From a candidate division WS6 bacterium OLB20 (GTDB lineage Bacteria > Patescibacteriota > Dojkabacteria > B142 > OLB20): 64,000 nt of DNA. Below, piece after piece: positions 43,085 through 54,444 of this stretch. Position numbers and translations under genes: made by a program. The stretch is from the NCBI GenBank assembly GCA_001567355.1, contig JYNZ01000002.1, positions 71,477 to 135,476 on the forward strand. Reading direction: 5' to 3'. The notes under the pieces are model-generated. The model searched no databases. It was not told the origin of the DNA and was given only the letters and a program-made list of their open reading frames with translations. Position 1 is the first letter of the stretch, and each line of letters begins with the position of its first letter.

Positions 43085-43099
43085 TGTTAGATAACTATC

Positions 43100-44821
43100 A
43101 TGAGATACTCTCAGCTGTTCGGCAGAACAAGTAAAGAGTCTAAACAGTATGACTCAAAAAATGCGACGCTGCTGACAAAGGCAGGTTTTATCGATCAGAC
43201 AATGGCAGGTGTCTATAAGTACCTGCCTCTCGGTCTTCGGGTCCTTACAAAAATCGAGAACATTGTCAGAACGCATATGGACGAAATCGGTCAGGAGCTG
43301 CTTATGACTGCTCTGGCTCCAAAAGAATTATGGGAGAAAACCGGCAGACTTGGTATTGATGTACTTATGGAGACTCGGGGGGCAAATGATGCCAGCAGAA
43401 AGCAGAATGATGCTTCATACATTCTTAATCCAACGCATGAGGACAACATTACACCACTGGTGGCCCAGTTTGTGCAGAGCTATCGTGAGCTGCCGGTAGC
43501 CCTGTACCAGATTCAGAACAAGTTTCGTAACGAGGCTCGTCCAAAGTCCGGTCTTCTGCGAGGGCGCGAGTTCAGAATGAAGGACCTGTACAGTTTTCAT
43601 GTCAGCAAGGATGACCTGATGAGCTATTACGAAGTGGCAAAACAGGCTTACGTGAGGACTTTTGAGGCACTCGGGATTGGTGATAAAACAGTGATTGCAC
43701 TCGCCAGCGGAGGCGATTTTACAGAAAATTTCTCACATGAGTTCCAGACCTTTTGCGAGGCAGGCGAAGATCTGCTGTTTTACGATGAAAAGACAGAGGT
43801 ATACTACAATCGTGAAGTAACTCCCTCGCAGGCGCCAGCTGTCTCGTATCCTGATAATGAAATGAAGGAACGTGCCGAAGTCTTGGGCGAAGGCATCATC
43901 GGTGTGTTGGAACTGGCTGAGTTTTTGCAGATCCCTGTAGAACAGACAACTAAGACGATGCTGTTTGTGGCTGATGAGCAACCCGTGGCAGTCGCTGTCC
44001 GCGGCGGCTATGAAGTAGACGAAGGTAAGCTTAAAAAGGTACTTGGTACCAGGACGCTACGTATGGCAACGGATGCTGAGGTCGAAGCTATTGGCAGCAA
44101 GGTCGGATATGTCGGGATTCTTGATCTGCCTGAGCATGTCCGGGTTATTATCGATGAATCCTGTGACAACCGGCTCAATTTTGAATGTGGTGCCAACAGA
44201 GAAAACTACCATACAGTCAACGTAAACTGGGGCAGGGACATACAAAAACCGGAACAGTTTTACGATATCAAGGTGGCGCAGGAAGGCGATATTAATCCTG
44301 CAACCAAGAAACCGTATCCCGTTCACAAAGCTGCCGAGGTGGGCAACATCTTTCCGCTTGAAACCAAGTTTTCTGATGCCTTCGGATTTACTTATACTGA
44401 TGAGTCCGGTGCTTCCCAGAAGGTATACATGGGCAGTTACGGCATCGGTACGACACGGCTCGTTGGGGTTATTGCCGAAGTGTGCAATGATGAGCGGGGA
44501 CTTGTCTGGCCAAAACAGATTGCTCCCTTCCAGGTGCATCTGGTAACAATCAGTAAAGGTGAGGATGAGGCATACAAGGTATCTGAAAACATATACGGCG
44601 AGCTTTCAGAGCAGGGTATTGAGGTCCTCTGGGATGATCGCATAGATGTGAGGGCCGGTGAGCAGTTTGCTGATGCTGACCTGATTGGAAACCCGGTCAG
44701 GATTGTTGTCAGCCAGAAGACACTCGAGCAGAAGTCAGTCGAACTGAAGCTGCGCAGCAGTGAAGACACTGAGATGGTAGCACTGGAAGATCTTGTCGAT
44801 CAGATTAAAACCCTGATCTAG
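43100..44821 (+). CDS. proS: prolyl-tRNA synthetase (bacterial type)
   Basis: MRYSQLFGRTSKE...LLTKAGFIDQTMAGVYKYLPLGLRVL... (compare E. coli ProRS MRTSQYLLSTLKE...). Class II motifs are present. Confidence 0.9.
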   Translation: MRYSQLFGRTSKESKQYDSKNATLLTKAGFIDQTMAGVYKYLPLGLRVLTKIENIVRTHMDEIGQELLMTALAPKELWEKTGRLGIDVLMETRGANDASRKQNDASYILNPTHEDNITPLVAQFVQSYRELPVALYQIQNKFRNEARPKSGLLRGREFRMKDLYSFHVSKDDLMSYYEVAKQAYVRTFEALGIGDKTVIALASGGDFTENFSHEFQTFCEAGEDLLFYDEKTEVYYNREVTPSQAPAVSYPDNEMKERAEVLGEGIIGVLELAEFLQIPVEQTTKTMLFVADEQPVAVAVRGGYEVDEGKLKKVLGTRTLRMATDAEVEAIGSKVGYVGILDLPEHVRVIIDESCDNRLNFECGANRENYHTVNVNWGRDIQKPEQFYDIKVAQEGDINPATKKPYPVHKAAEVGNIFPLETKFSDAFGFTYTDESGASQKVYMGSYGIGTTRLVGVIAEVCNDERGLVWPKQIAPFQVHLVTISKGEDEAYKVSENIYGELSEQGIEVLWDDRIDVRAGEQFADADLIGNPVRIVVSQKTLEQKSVELKLRSSEDTEMVALEDLVDQIKTLI

Positions 44822-44880
44822 AATGATGCGGGGCGGGGCAGGTTTACAACTTCGTCCCCGCAGCATGTGTTGTTCCTGAA

Positions 44881-45234
44881 TCAATTCTGATTTTCGACCT
44901 CATACGGCTCATCTGCATACGCATCATGAGTATGATAAGGCAACTCCTCCTGCGTAAACCCCGCACGCCACTGGCGGAGGATATTTCCTGAAGGTATCCC
45001 CTTTTTCCCTTGTGATTCCAGTTCGGCTTCAATCTCTTCTGCAACCTCCTTATCAAGTGTATTGATGATAACGTACTGCTCTTCGGTCCTACTCTCTACC
45101 TCAACTGTATCAGGTAATACAATATCTGACTGCTCACGTCTGTTGATCAAAGCATTCCAAATAACAGCAAGAAGAATGATAGTGCCGATGCCAATGATCA
45201 GAAATATAAGAAAACGTTTGTTGACTATTACCAT
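44881..45234 (-). CDS. small membrane-anchored acidic protein, hypothetical
   Basis: N-terminal TM followed by a Glu-rich tail; immediately downstream of the giant hydrolase. Confidence 0.4.
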   Translation of the reverse strand: MVIVNKRFLIFLIIGIGTIILLAVIWNALINRREQSDIVLPDTVEVESRTEEQYVIINTLDKEVAEEIEAELESQGKKGIPSGNILRQWRAGFTQEELPYHTHDAYADEPYEVENQN

Positions 45235-48200
45235 CAGCGTGATTCAAGAAATAATCGTAAATGGCTTTGGCCGGAACTTCTGAATTCATTTGCAATAGAT
45301 TCCCCAACCCACCTCCAATGCCAAGGCTCTTCATAATAGTCTGGTGTGCCACTCACGTAGGACTGTATATATCCATATCTGTGGGCATTATCTGCAAGCC
45401 AGTCATAGCATTGTTTACCCGCACCATTCTTAAACTCACGAACGGGACGACCATTATTTGGCCTGAAGTCAACTGCGGTTCCCAATTGATGTTCGCTATA
45501 GCAGGCGCAGGCGGTTCCAGTTCCCGCTCCACAACCTCCAGGCTGTGCATTCTGGACGGTGGCTGAACGGTAACCCCAGTTGAAACCGCATGCTGCAAAC
45601 GCCTGAGGTGCATTTACCTGCATATCGCTGAGCATTGAATCAAGCGCCTGGGCTGCGGGAGATATCAGGCGCAATCGGGTCTCCTTGTCAGGATCGTTTG
45701 CGTCCGAAGCGAAGTAGGGTAGACCGTGAAGATTTGCCTCGACAAGATTACCGGGTTCTTTAGGGCTTGTAACGCTGCAATATTGCTCTGGTAACCTTCT
45801 ATTCTGTCCAAGCGGATAGAGTATGAAATCTACTGATGATTCAAACGTTTCAGTATTTCCGTCTCCACCTGTCTCAATGGGGTTTGCTCCAGCCGGACAG
45901 ACCGGATCATAACCACGAGCAAAGTCCATAACTTCATCACAATAATTGTCACCACACTGGTAGTTGTCGGGATCTCCGTACAGGCAGGCACCGTAGTATC
46001 TGCGCGCTGCAACTTCAAGGGGGGTGTAATTGCGTTTTAGTTCTGGACAGTGATCAATCTCCCATCCCATGAAGAAATCAGGATTAACATCATATGGAAC
46101 ATTCTCTTGCCACCATTCGTCTCCTCTTGGCTCGTAACCAAGCACAAAGTTTGCATCCAGCCTGAATTTCAGACCGGCTGCACAAAGTGATGGGCCAACA
46201 TACGTTCTGTGTTCCACTACAGATACCGAATCTGTGAAGCCGAGATCCTGGATGCAGGCAATGTATTCGGATTCATAATTATTCATAACAACACCCCATG
46301 CTCCTTGGAGAAACTGCATTGGTCCTGCTGCACCTGCATAGTTTTCGGTTATATAAGCACGTTCCTTTGAATCACCTGTATAGTAGTCTCCAGTAATATC
46401 ACTGGTAAGACTTGTCTCACGCTGCATAATCGCCTTTAAAAATTCGGCTGGAACATCAACATTATCTGCAACACGTCTGATGAGACAGTCCAGTTCGGCA
46501 TACACATTGCCACCACCACCATCTCTATCCCTGCAAATTACCTCGATCGGTCCTTCGGGGTCAGCTACATCATCAATTGGAATCTCAGGCTGACAACTGG
46601 CAGTTGATGTCGTTGGGCAACCCATCAAGGCGCTATAAGCTGCAATCGGGCCAGGTTGATTAGGTGTGTATGGAGGGTTATTTGATGCGATCTCCATGTG
46701 AAGGTGGGGCCCACCCGAACATGCGTTACTGTCCATATCAAAATCACCAAAACGGGATAGAGGAGCAATAATATCACCTGTCTGATATGTTTGACCTTCA
46801 GTAAGACCAAGAGTATTAACATGATACATGAATAGAGTCGTTAGTTGGCCATTGAATTCACCCTGGTACCAGATAGCGCCACCAGCTGCAGCTCTGTTCT
46901 TGCAGTAAGAATATTCTCTTCCGGATCGCACTTTTACAATTGTTCCATCAAACGGAGCAACAACATCGCTTGGTCGCTGCGGATTCGTAATAAGATCGAT
47001 CGCATTAAGTGATCCGTGTGTCTGAACATATGCTCCATAAAGGCACTCTCCATTGAGAACAGGACATTCGTAAATACCAGGATTTGCTATGCTGCACTGT
47101 TGACTGCCACCATTGCCGCCGCCATCCCCAGGTTCGTTTGGATTTACCGAGAAGCCTGCACCTGATGATAAGGGGTCAGAAGATCTGTCCGAGAATAGCC
47201 ACTGCTCCAGCGGATCAGGTTCGTCCCAGTCACGCGCAATACAGTCACAGACATCACGGCCGTCCGGACAGCCGCAGTCACAGAAATCAAGCGCCACGTT
47301 TTTTTACATTGGTATCAATCAGCTGCAACTCGCCGCACTGCAGGTCTTTGAAGGCTGCCGCGCTATCGGGTGTATCAACATTGGTCAGAAAGATACTGAT
47401 ACGTTCCATCATGCGGGGGATCTGTCCCACCCAAGGATAGTAGTAGTTAAGATCAACTGCAGATACGCCGTTTTCCTCACCGGTACCTCCCATAAACCGT
47501 GCCAGCTGGTATCCTCCATAATGGACTGGCAGATACAGCTCCGGATCCGAGCTGTCACTGACAAACTCCTTCAGGTACATATTGGCGAGTTCGTCAATAT
47601 TAAAGTCCCCGTAAGGGTCGTCTCTCAGGTCTGCATTATATGCACTGACTGCACCAAGCAGGTCGCCGCCAAGGACAGATGCAGGGTCATACTCACCCCC
47701 GGCCCTGCTCAACGTAGCTGGACCGCTCTCGCTTGAGCTGCAGATCGTAGACACGCAGTCCCCATTCGGTCTCGATACCTGAGTTGACGTTATGGATGAT
47801 CTTGTAAGGAATGTTGATGCGCTCAAGCTGATAGACATTGTAGATATAGCGGGAAAGACCGATCATGTCTGTAGCATCGTAACCGCCACGCGTCCACCTC
47901 AGGAACGGATCACCGCCGGCCTGAAGTACTTCATTGCCGGGTGTCCTGCATGAACGGTAAATGCCATCAATAGCAGTCCCGCAGGTTACTTCCATGCCGC
48001 AGATGTTTTCCATAGGTATGCGTTCTCCACTCCAGGGGACAGTTTCACCTGGGCAGAATTCCTGAGACAGGCCTGTGGTGGGGTTAGTGCGAGATGTTCT
48101 GCTGACAAATCCTGCTTCCAGAGCATCGGGGTAGCTGCCATCAGGTTTGTCATAGTAGGTCCGTTCTGCAGTGCTGTCGTTGTCCTTAAGCAGACAGCGA

Positions 48201-51022
48201 CCTCCGGTGACCTTGATCTGCACCTGTCTGCTGTTTTCGGGTACGGTGACAGTGATACCGAACTCGGCATCACACATCTGTGTCCGGGTGATCACATAAT
48301 TCCAAGGCTTCTCAATCAGATATTCGTATGCACCTGATGGATCATCATTGACAAAATGTGGTTCGCGGCCGTCCTTCTGACGCAGGTTGTTGATCGCCAC
48401 CCCGGGGATTGAAGGGCAGAACTGCCCGTCTGATGCAAGAATGTTGCCCTCAGATCCTGCCAGCGCTCCCTGATTAAAGAAGTCAAAGATGCGTTTGATA
48501 AGCTGTGCCAGCCAGCTGTCTGACGTGTTCTGCGGAGCCAGGTCCGGTCCTCCAGCATGTTTAATGTTTTGAGTCGAGAGAGGATGCAGCCGCAGGATCT
48601 CGGTATCGAGTGCGTCAGGTTCGGTTTCGTTCCAGTTAAGAATACCACAGGCAGATGCACCCCCGAGCAGCGGGGTCTTTATGTTAACAGCATTACTTTC
48701 GCCACTTTGCAGAAACCTGGCCAGACCCGGGAACTCGCTGGTGAAGTATAAATTGAACGGTGCAAGCGTTCCATCCTCTTTAGGGTACAAAAAGCGCGGA
48801 TCTGTAATGTTTCTGAAGCTGAGTGGCTCGCAGTATGGTGTGTATTTATTGTCTTCCGTCTCGGCTGATGAAGCGAGGTATGCAATCAGCGGTATCTTAC
48901 GGATGCCGCCAGAGTAAGCAAACCCTGCAGTCCAGTATTTCTGTGTGTCATCCTGCGGACAGCCGTCTACTGGATAGGGTTTGTCAGCATCCGGCGCGTT
49001 TGTGTTGCGGTTGCCGGCATCGGAAAAATTGGGATCACAGTTGTTCAGTTCAAGCCCTACAGCAAGCCTGCCGTCAGGCGAGAGGGATTTACGCTCATCC
49101 TCTCCGTCTCTGTCCAGCAGCTCACCGTTAATGCGGTTGGGCTGCACTTCACAGCTGCGCAGCGTCCAGTGTGATGGCACCTCAAGGTGTTCTGCCGTTT
49201 CCGGATCAATCTGTGATGCGACACTGAGGTCAACAGGTTCAGGCAGAGCACGGATATTGCAGTCACCAAGACCGGAGAAGAGCTCGGCAACATCCGCATC
49301 AGTGAGATTCATCAGTTTCCAGTCTACGCCGGCGGTAGAGTTTCCGTTACCCTGACCAAGCGCATTAAAAAAGAGGGCGTAACTTACACGCTCGTCGGCT
49401 GCAATCGCTTCGACACCAAGTTTAAGGCGCGGGATGTTGTGCTCAAAGTCGCCGATCTCGTTAAGTCCCCATGGCTTGTCATCGGTCACAACGGTACGCA
49501 GAAATTCGAGCGTGTTTGGAATATCAAACTGCGTCTGACCGGGCACACCGCTGTAAAAGTTGAACGTCCACATATCGATATGCTCGGCGCCACCTGCAGC
49601 AACAAAGGTATTGTAGTTCTGCTGAAAACCGGGTCCGCCATCCTTCCAGCGCACGTTAAATGTCGGTCCGCCGATGATGACTTTGCTTGCTTCCGGTCCG
49701 GTCCGGACGGTATCAGCAAAGCAGCGGTAAAACTCTGCAACCTGGTTAAAGCGGGCCGGCGGGGGAACAGGACCTGTCGCCCAGCTTTCGGAAACAGCCT
49801 CATTGATCGGCGCCACGACAACTTCGCCGCTGTAGTTTGCCATAATGCTGTTTGTGATTTCGCCGACACGTCTGCCGGATGCACAAGGCGTACTTCCTGT
49901 CTTCTGGATCGAGACCTCACATGCCGCGTTCGGTACCCCTTCGTTACCTTCATCTCCATAGCAGTAGCGCAGGACACCGGAAAGTCCTGAGCTGTTGAGT
50001 GCCTGTACTGCAACGTCCTTGTGACTTGCTCCCTGCAGAGTATGCAGATAGTATTTCATTCCCCATGATTTGATCCGGTCATAGCTGGATGCCTGCACCG
50101 GTTCTGTCAGCAGGTTGACGCCAAACTTGTCGCATGACGCTGCGCCGGTGCTGCCAGTACCTGATCCACTTCCTGAGCCGGATCCCGATCCACTTCCGGA
50201 TCCGCTGCCACTTCCTGACCCTGATCCGTTGCCACCGTTACTGGCAGGAACGGATGACTCCCCGCTGCAATAGTCATCAAGCACTGCAACAGTCCGGGCG
50301 GCAAGCTCTCGATAGCCGTCAGCCGTCGGGTGCACGCCAAGTGGATCTGTTGAGGAGATCTCAATGCCGGTGCCGTTTCGCAGCGGCAGCCCCAGTCGTG
50401 TCGCCAGAGCACGGATATTATTGTTCCAGGTATCAACACCCTCGCCACCGCAGTTCTGATAGCCTGATGGAATAGTGCTCAGGATGACATTGATATCCGC
50501 GTTATCGAGCTGGTTGATGATATTGAGCATGTCAGCCTCGAAGGAGGAATATCCGCCATCGCCGCAGTCATTTGTCCCAAGCATAAGGACAGCATATGAG
50601 ATATCATCGCGTCCAAGCAGCCGTTGAAACTCGTCAAAGGTACGCTGCTGTTCGGAATTGGTTCCTCTGTTTAAGAACCATCTCGTGGATGCACCGACAC
50701 CATGCGCGTCATACGAGTCAGGAAAATACTCACTGATACCGAATGTAATGCTGTCTCCGATAAGCGCAACGCCCTGACCGTCAAGCGTGCAGGAGTTCTG
50801 GCTGAGAATGCGGCCGATGATAGTTTCGCTTGAGCTGACTATCGTTTCCGGACCGCCGTTCGCAAGACGTCTTGATGCTTCGCCACTGTCTGGCGTCGGT
50901 CGGAAGCTTGCAAACAGTATGCTGACAACTGCTGATGTGAGGACAAATGCAAGCATGACAGCCTGAGGACGCCGCCAAATATTCTGCAGCACATCTTTTA
51001 GTGTCAGTTCTGTTTCGTGCAT
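45234..51022 (-). CDS. giant (~1,930 aa) membrane-anchored multi-domain cell-wall hydrolase, from N to C: TM anchor, SGNH/GDSL esterase, (GS)n linker, clan GH-A-like glycosidase domain, large unknown region, M23 peptidase, lytic transglycosylase (SLT), M15/VanY-like D,D-carboxypeptidase. Track ORFs 47693..51022, 47287..47838 and 45234..47297 join across two homopolymer indels
   Basis: SGNH: LIGDSITFG...LGTNDCGD. M23: AIDL...VVAPFDGTIV...GGPHLHMEI. SLT: ENYAGAAGPMQFLQGAW. M15: SEHQLGTAVD...EPWHWRWVG. Removing one G from G5 (47696-47700, minus strand) turns ...EQGRG* into ...EQGRGEYDPASV. Removing one A from the A7 run (the T7 run on the + strand, 47299-47305) links ...NVKN to VALDFCDC. Confidence 0.6.
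50147..50236 (-). repeat. coding simple-sequence repeat (GGATCN/GGAAGT units) encoding a (Gly-Ser)15 linker
   Basis: Protein segment [29 protein letters not shown] lies between the SGNH and GH-like domains. Confidence 0.7.
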
Positions 51023-51115
51023 TAACTACTATCTTAATAGAAACACCTCCGGTTTTGAAGATGAAATGACCTGCTTTTATGCGCAGCGGCTATGCTGTAA
51101 ACTTGAACCAGTTAC

Positions 51116-51805
51116 ATGCATATCATGCCTGGAATAAACCTTGATGAGTACGGCGGTCCGGATGCCTTTACCTGGACACACGAATATCTGGTCAATTACC
51201 TGACTGCCGGTAAACACCGGATTGTAAAACGCCCATCGCTCAAGCATGCGTTTCGCGAAGTACTGCGCGAGGACTTTGTGCCGCAGGAGCTGAAAAGCCA
51301 GGCATATGAGGATCGCGAGCTCGACATCGGCTACGGAGAGGTGATCAACCGTCCAACGGTGACGGCAGAGATGCTGGAGCTGTTAAAAATCAGGATGGGA
51401 GGCACCTATCTTGATATCGGCACGGGGTCGGGATGGGTCGCAGCACTGATCGGCATGGCAGCTGGCGCTGAAGGTAAGGTCTATTCACTCGAGCGGGTGC
51501 AGTTTCTGGCTGATATCGCACGTATCAATCTGAGCAAGTACCCGGGCATTGATACTGTCAAGATCCTGTTCAGGGACGGCAGCAAAGGCATGCCGGATTT
51601 TGCCCCGTTTGACGGTATTCATGTCTCGGCTGCGTTTCCTGAAGTCCCGGAGGAATACATGATGCAGCTTAAGATCGGAGGTATCCTGGTAATCCCTACA
51701 ACGGATCGTACGATCCTCAGTATTGAACGTCTGAGTGAGGATGAGTTTGAAGAGTCGACCCATGAAGGCTACATTTTCGGGGAGGCCGGCAGCGGCATTG
51801 CCTGA
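51116..51805 (+). CDS. pcm: protein-L-isoaspartate O-methyltransferase
   Basis: LDIGTGSGW (SAM motif I)...FDGIHVSAA...GGILVIP. Confidence 0.75.
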   Translation: MHIMPGINLDEYGGPDAFTWTHEYLVNYLTAGKHRIVKRPSLKHAFREVLREDFVPQELKSQAYEDRELDIGYGEVINRPTVTAEMLELLKIRMGGTYLDIGTGSGWVAALIGMAAGAEGKVYSLERVQFLADIARINLSKYPGIDTVKILFRDGSKGMPDFAPFDGIHVSAAFPEVPEEYMMQLKIGGILVIPTTDRTILSIERLSEDEFEESTHEGYIFGEAGSGIA

Positions 51806-51879
51806 TTAGCACTCGACCCTCTCGATTGACAAATATGGTATAGTTCAGGTAACACACTTAAGATTAACAGTTAGGCACA

Positions 51880-54444
51880 ATGGCAGGTAATCCGTTTGAT
51901 CCGTTCGGCCAGGGTGACGACCCGTTTAACAGCTTCTCCAGCTATCGCGGCCCGAGTGAACGGACCGATATTACAGAATATTTTTCAGAACGTACTAATG
52001 CGGCTCTGCAGCGTGCAGCCGAGATTGCTGTAGCCAAGGGGCAGAGGACTATCGACAGTGAACATCTGCTGCTGTCACTGCTGCGTGATGGTGACCTGAT
52101 GAAACGGATCTTCAAGGAGCTGGATGTTGATCCGGAGGAGATGGCTGCGTACACAGAGACACTGATGAGCGCCGGCAATTTCAGCGGAACGTCAGTGGGA
52201 CTGACACCGCGTGCAAAACAGATCCTGCAGCTTGCATTTCAGGAGGCGCTTGAGCTTGGTCACAACTACATCGGCACAGAACACATTCTGCTTGCCATCC
52301 TGCGTGAAAATGAGGGGCTCGGTGCGCAGATACTGAGAAAAAGCACTGTGACACATCCCAAAGCACGTCAGGCCGTTCTTAAACTGGTAGGAGAAGGCGA
52401 CCGCGAGGGTAAAAAGTTTGCCGAGGCATCAGAAACGCCTGAGCTTGATAAATATTCCAAAGACCTGACGGTGCTTGCACGCCAGGGCAAAATTGATCCT
52501 GTCGTAGGTCGCGCTGATGAAATCACCCGTATAATCGAAATCCTTGCGCGCCGTAAAAAGAACAATCCGGTTCTGATCGGTGAACCCGGCGTCGGAAAGA
52601 CCGCGATTGTCGAAGGACTTGCTCAGCGGATCGTCACCGGAAACGTTCCGGATGTTCTTAAAGATAAAAAGGTTAAGTCACTTGATCTGGGAATGCTGGT
52701 TGCCGGTTCAAAATTCAGGGGTGAGTTTGAGGACCGTGCCAAAAAGCTGATCACCGAGCTCGAAAAATCAGAGCGTGAAGTAATTCTGTTTATTGATGAG
52801 TTGCATACCATTGTCGGGTCAGGCGCGCACGAGGGCGAACTAGATCTGGCAAACATGATCAAGCCTGCACTGGCACGCGGCGAGCTACAGGTTGTAGGTG
52901 CTACAACCTTAAATGAATATAAAAAGTACATCGAAAAGGATGCAGCCCTTGAACGCCGCTTTCAGCCTGTGCTAGTTGAAGAACCCACTGTTGATCAGAC
53001 AATCGAGATCCTGCGTGGCATCCGTGACCGCTATGAGGCACATCACCGGATCAAAATATCGGAGGAATCTCTGATCGCTGCAGCTCAGCTGTCAGACCGT
53101 TACATCAAAGACCGGTTTCTGCCTGATAAGGCCATAGACGCCATAGACGAGGCGGCAAGCAAGGTACGTCTGCGCGTTACCGCCGAACCTGAAGAGTTGC
53201 GACAGCTCAAGGCACGTATCAAAAAACTTGAGACTGAGCGCGAATCACTGAGTCATGGCGGCAAGCACAAAGAGGCTGCCGAAATAAAAGTCGAGATCGA
53301 AAAGCTGAAGCAGGAGGTCGTCCCGATGGAGGAATCCTGGAAACGTGATATCGGCACAGGTACTCCCGAGGTACTAGTATCCGATGTTGCCGAGGTTATC
53401 GCAAATATCACCGGTGTGCCCGTACGCGAGCTAAAGACCGACGAAAAAGAGCGCCTGTTAAAACTTGAAGAACAACTGCATGACCGTGTGGTTGGTCAGG
53501 ACGAGGCTGTGCGTATCGTTTCTGAGGCTGTCCGCCGGGCAAGGGTCGGACTCAAAAGTCCCAATCGCCCGATTGCAACGTTCCTGTTTCTGGGGCCGAC
53601 CGGTGTCGGTAAGACTGAGCTTGCAAAAACACTCTCCGAGATCATCTTTGGCGATGAGGATGCAATGATCCGGCTCGATATGAGCGAATACATGGAGCGG
53701 CATGCAGTGGCCAGACTTGTCGGTTCGCCACCAGGCTACATAGGACATGATGAAGGCGGTCAGCTGACCGAAAAAGTCCGCAGACATCCCTATAGCGTCA
53801 TTCTGCTTGATGAGATTGAAAAAGCACACCCTGATGTGTTTAACATTCTTCTGCAGGTCTTTGATGATGGACGGATGACTGACGGCAAAGGCCGGACAGT
53901 CGATTTTCGCAATACAATTATCATTGCCACAAGCAATCTCGGTTCAGACCTTATTCTTGAGTCACTTAAAGGCAAAAAAGAAGAGGCAGCAGAAACTGAA
54001 GAGAGACCCAAGAGCAAGGGACTGATCAAGATGAAAGATGATCGTCAGACCAGTGCACCTCAAAAGGGTGACTGGGACAAGACAAAGGAACAGCTGCAGG
54101 ATGTGCTGCGTTCCTCATTCAGACCTGAGTTCCTTAACAGAATCGATGAAGTGATTATTTTCCGTCCGCTGGAGCAGAAAGACCTGCTGCAGATTGTAAG
54201 GCTTCTGATAGAGTCGACACGAAGGCTGCTGCATGCACAGGGTATTACGCTTGAGATCACTGATGCGGCACTCGAAAAACTTGCAGAGCTGGGTTACGAT
54301 CCCCAGTACGGAGCTCGCCCGTTGCGGCGCATAATCCAGCGCGAAATCGAAAACGAGATATCACGCAGGATCCTGGCAGGAGACTTTGGTGAGGGCAGCA
54401 CTGTAAAGGTCGATTACACTGACAGATTTACCTTCAATTCATGA
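51880..54444 (+). CDS. clpC: AAA+ Clp ATPase, ClpC-type (two Clp_N repeats, two AAA modules, short middle coiled-coil)
   Basis: Clp_N repeats (SEHLLLSLL / TEHILLAIL), Walker A GEPGVGKT and GPTGVGKT, and a short M-domain, which indicates ClpC rather than ClpB. Confidence 0.85.
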   Translation: MAGNPFDPFGQGDDPFNSFSSYRGPSERTDITEYFSERTNAALQRAAEIAVAKGQRTIDSEHLLLSLLRDGDLMKRIFKELDVDPEEMAAYTETLMSAGNFSGTSVGLTPRAKQILQLAFQEALELGHNYIGTEHILLAILRENEGLGAQILRKSTVTHPKARQAVLKLVGEGDREGKKFAEASETPELDKYSKDLTVLARQGKIDPVVGRADEITRIIEILARRKKNNPVLIGEPGVGKTAIVEGLAQRIVTGNVPDVLKDKKVKSLDLGMLVAGSKFRGEFEDRAKKLITELEKSEREVILFIDELHTIVGSGAHEGELDLANMIKPALARGELQVVGATTLNEYKKYIEKDAALERRFQPVLVEEPTVDQTIEILRGIRDRYEAHHRIKISEESLIAAAQLSDRYIKDRFLPDKAIDAIDEAASKVRLRVTAEPEELRQLKARIKKLETERESLSHGGKHKEAAEIKVEIEKLKQEVVPMEESWKRDIGTGTPEVLVSDVAEVIANITGVPVRELKTDEKERLLKLEEQLHDRVVGQDEAVRIVSEAVRRARVGLKSPNRPIATFLFLGPTGVGKTELAKTLSEIIFGDEDAMIRLDMSEYMERHAVARLVGSPPGYIGHDEGGQLTEKVRRHPYSVILLDEIEKAHPDVFNILLQVFDDGRMTDGKGRTVDFRNTIIIATSNLGSDLILESLKGKKEEAAETEERPKSKGLIKMKDDRQTSAPQKGDWDKTKEQLQDVLRSSFRPEFLNRIDEVIIFRPLEQKDLLQIVRLLIESTRRLLHAQGITLEITDAALEKLAELGYDPQYGARPLRRIIQREIENEISRRILAGDFGEGSTVKVDYTDRFTFNS

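Noticed and set aside
50147-50236. Short tandem DNA repeat considered as a CRISPR or VNTR locus
   Set aside because: It lies inside a coding region and encodes a (Gly-Ser)n interdomain linker. There are no spacer-repeat alternation and no cas genes in the window.
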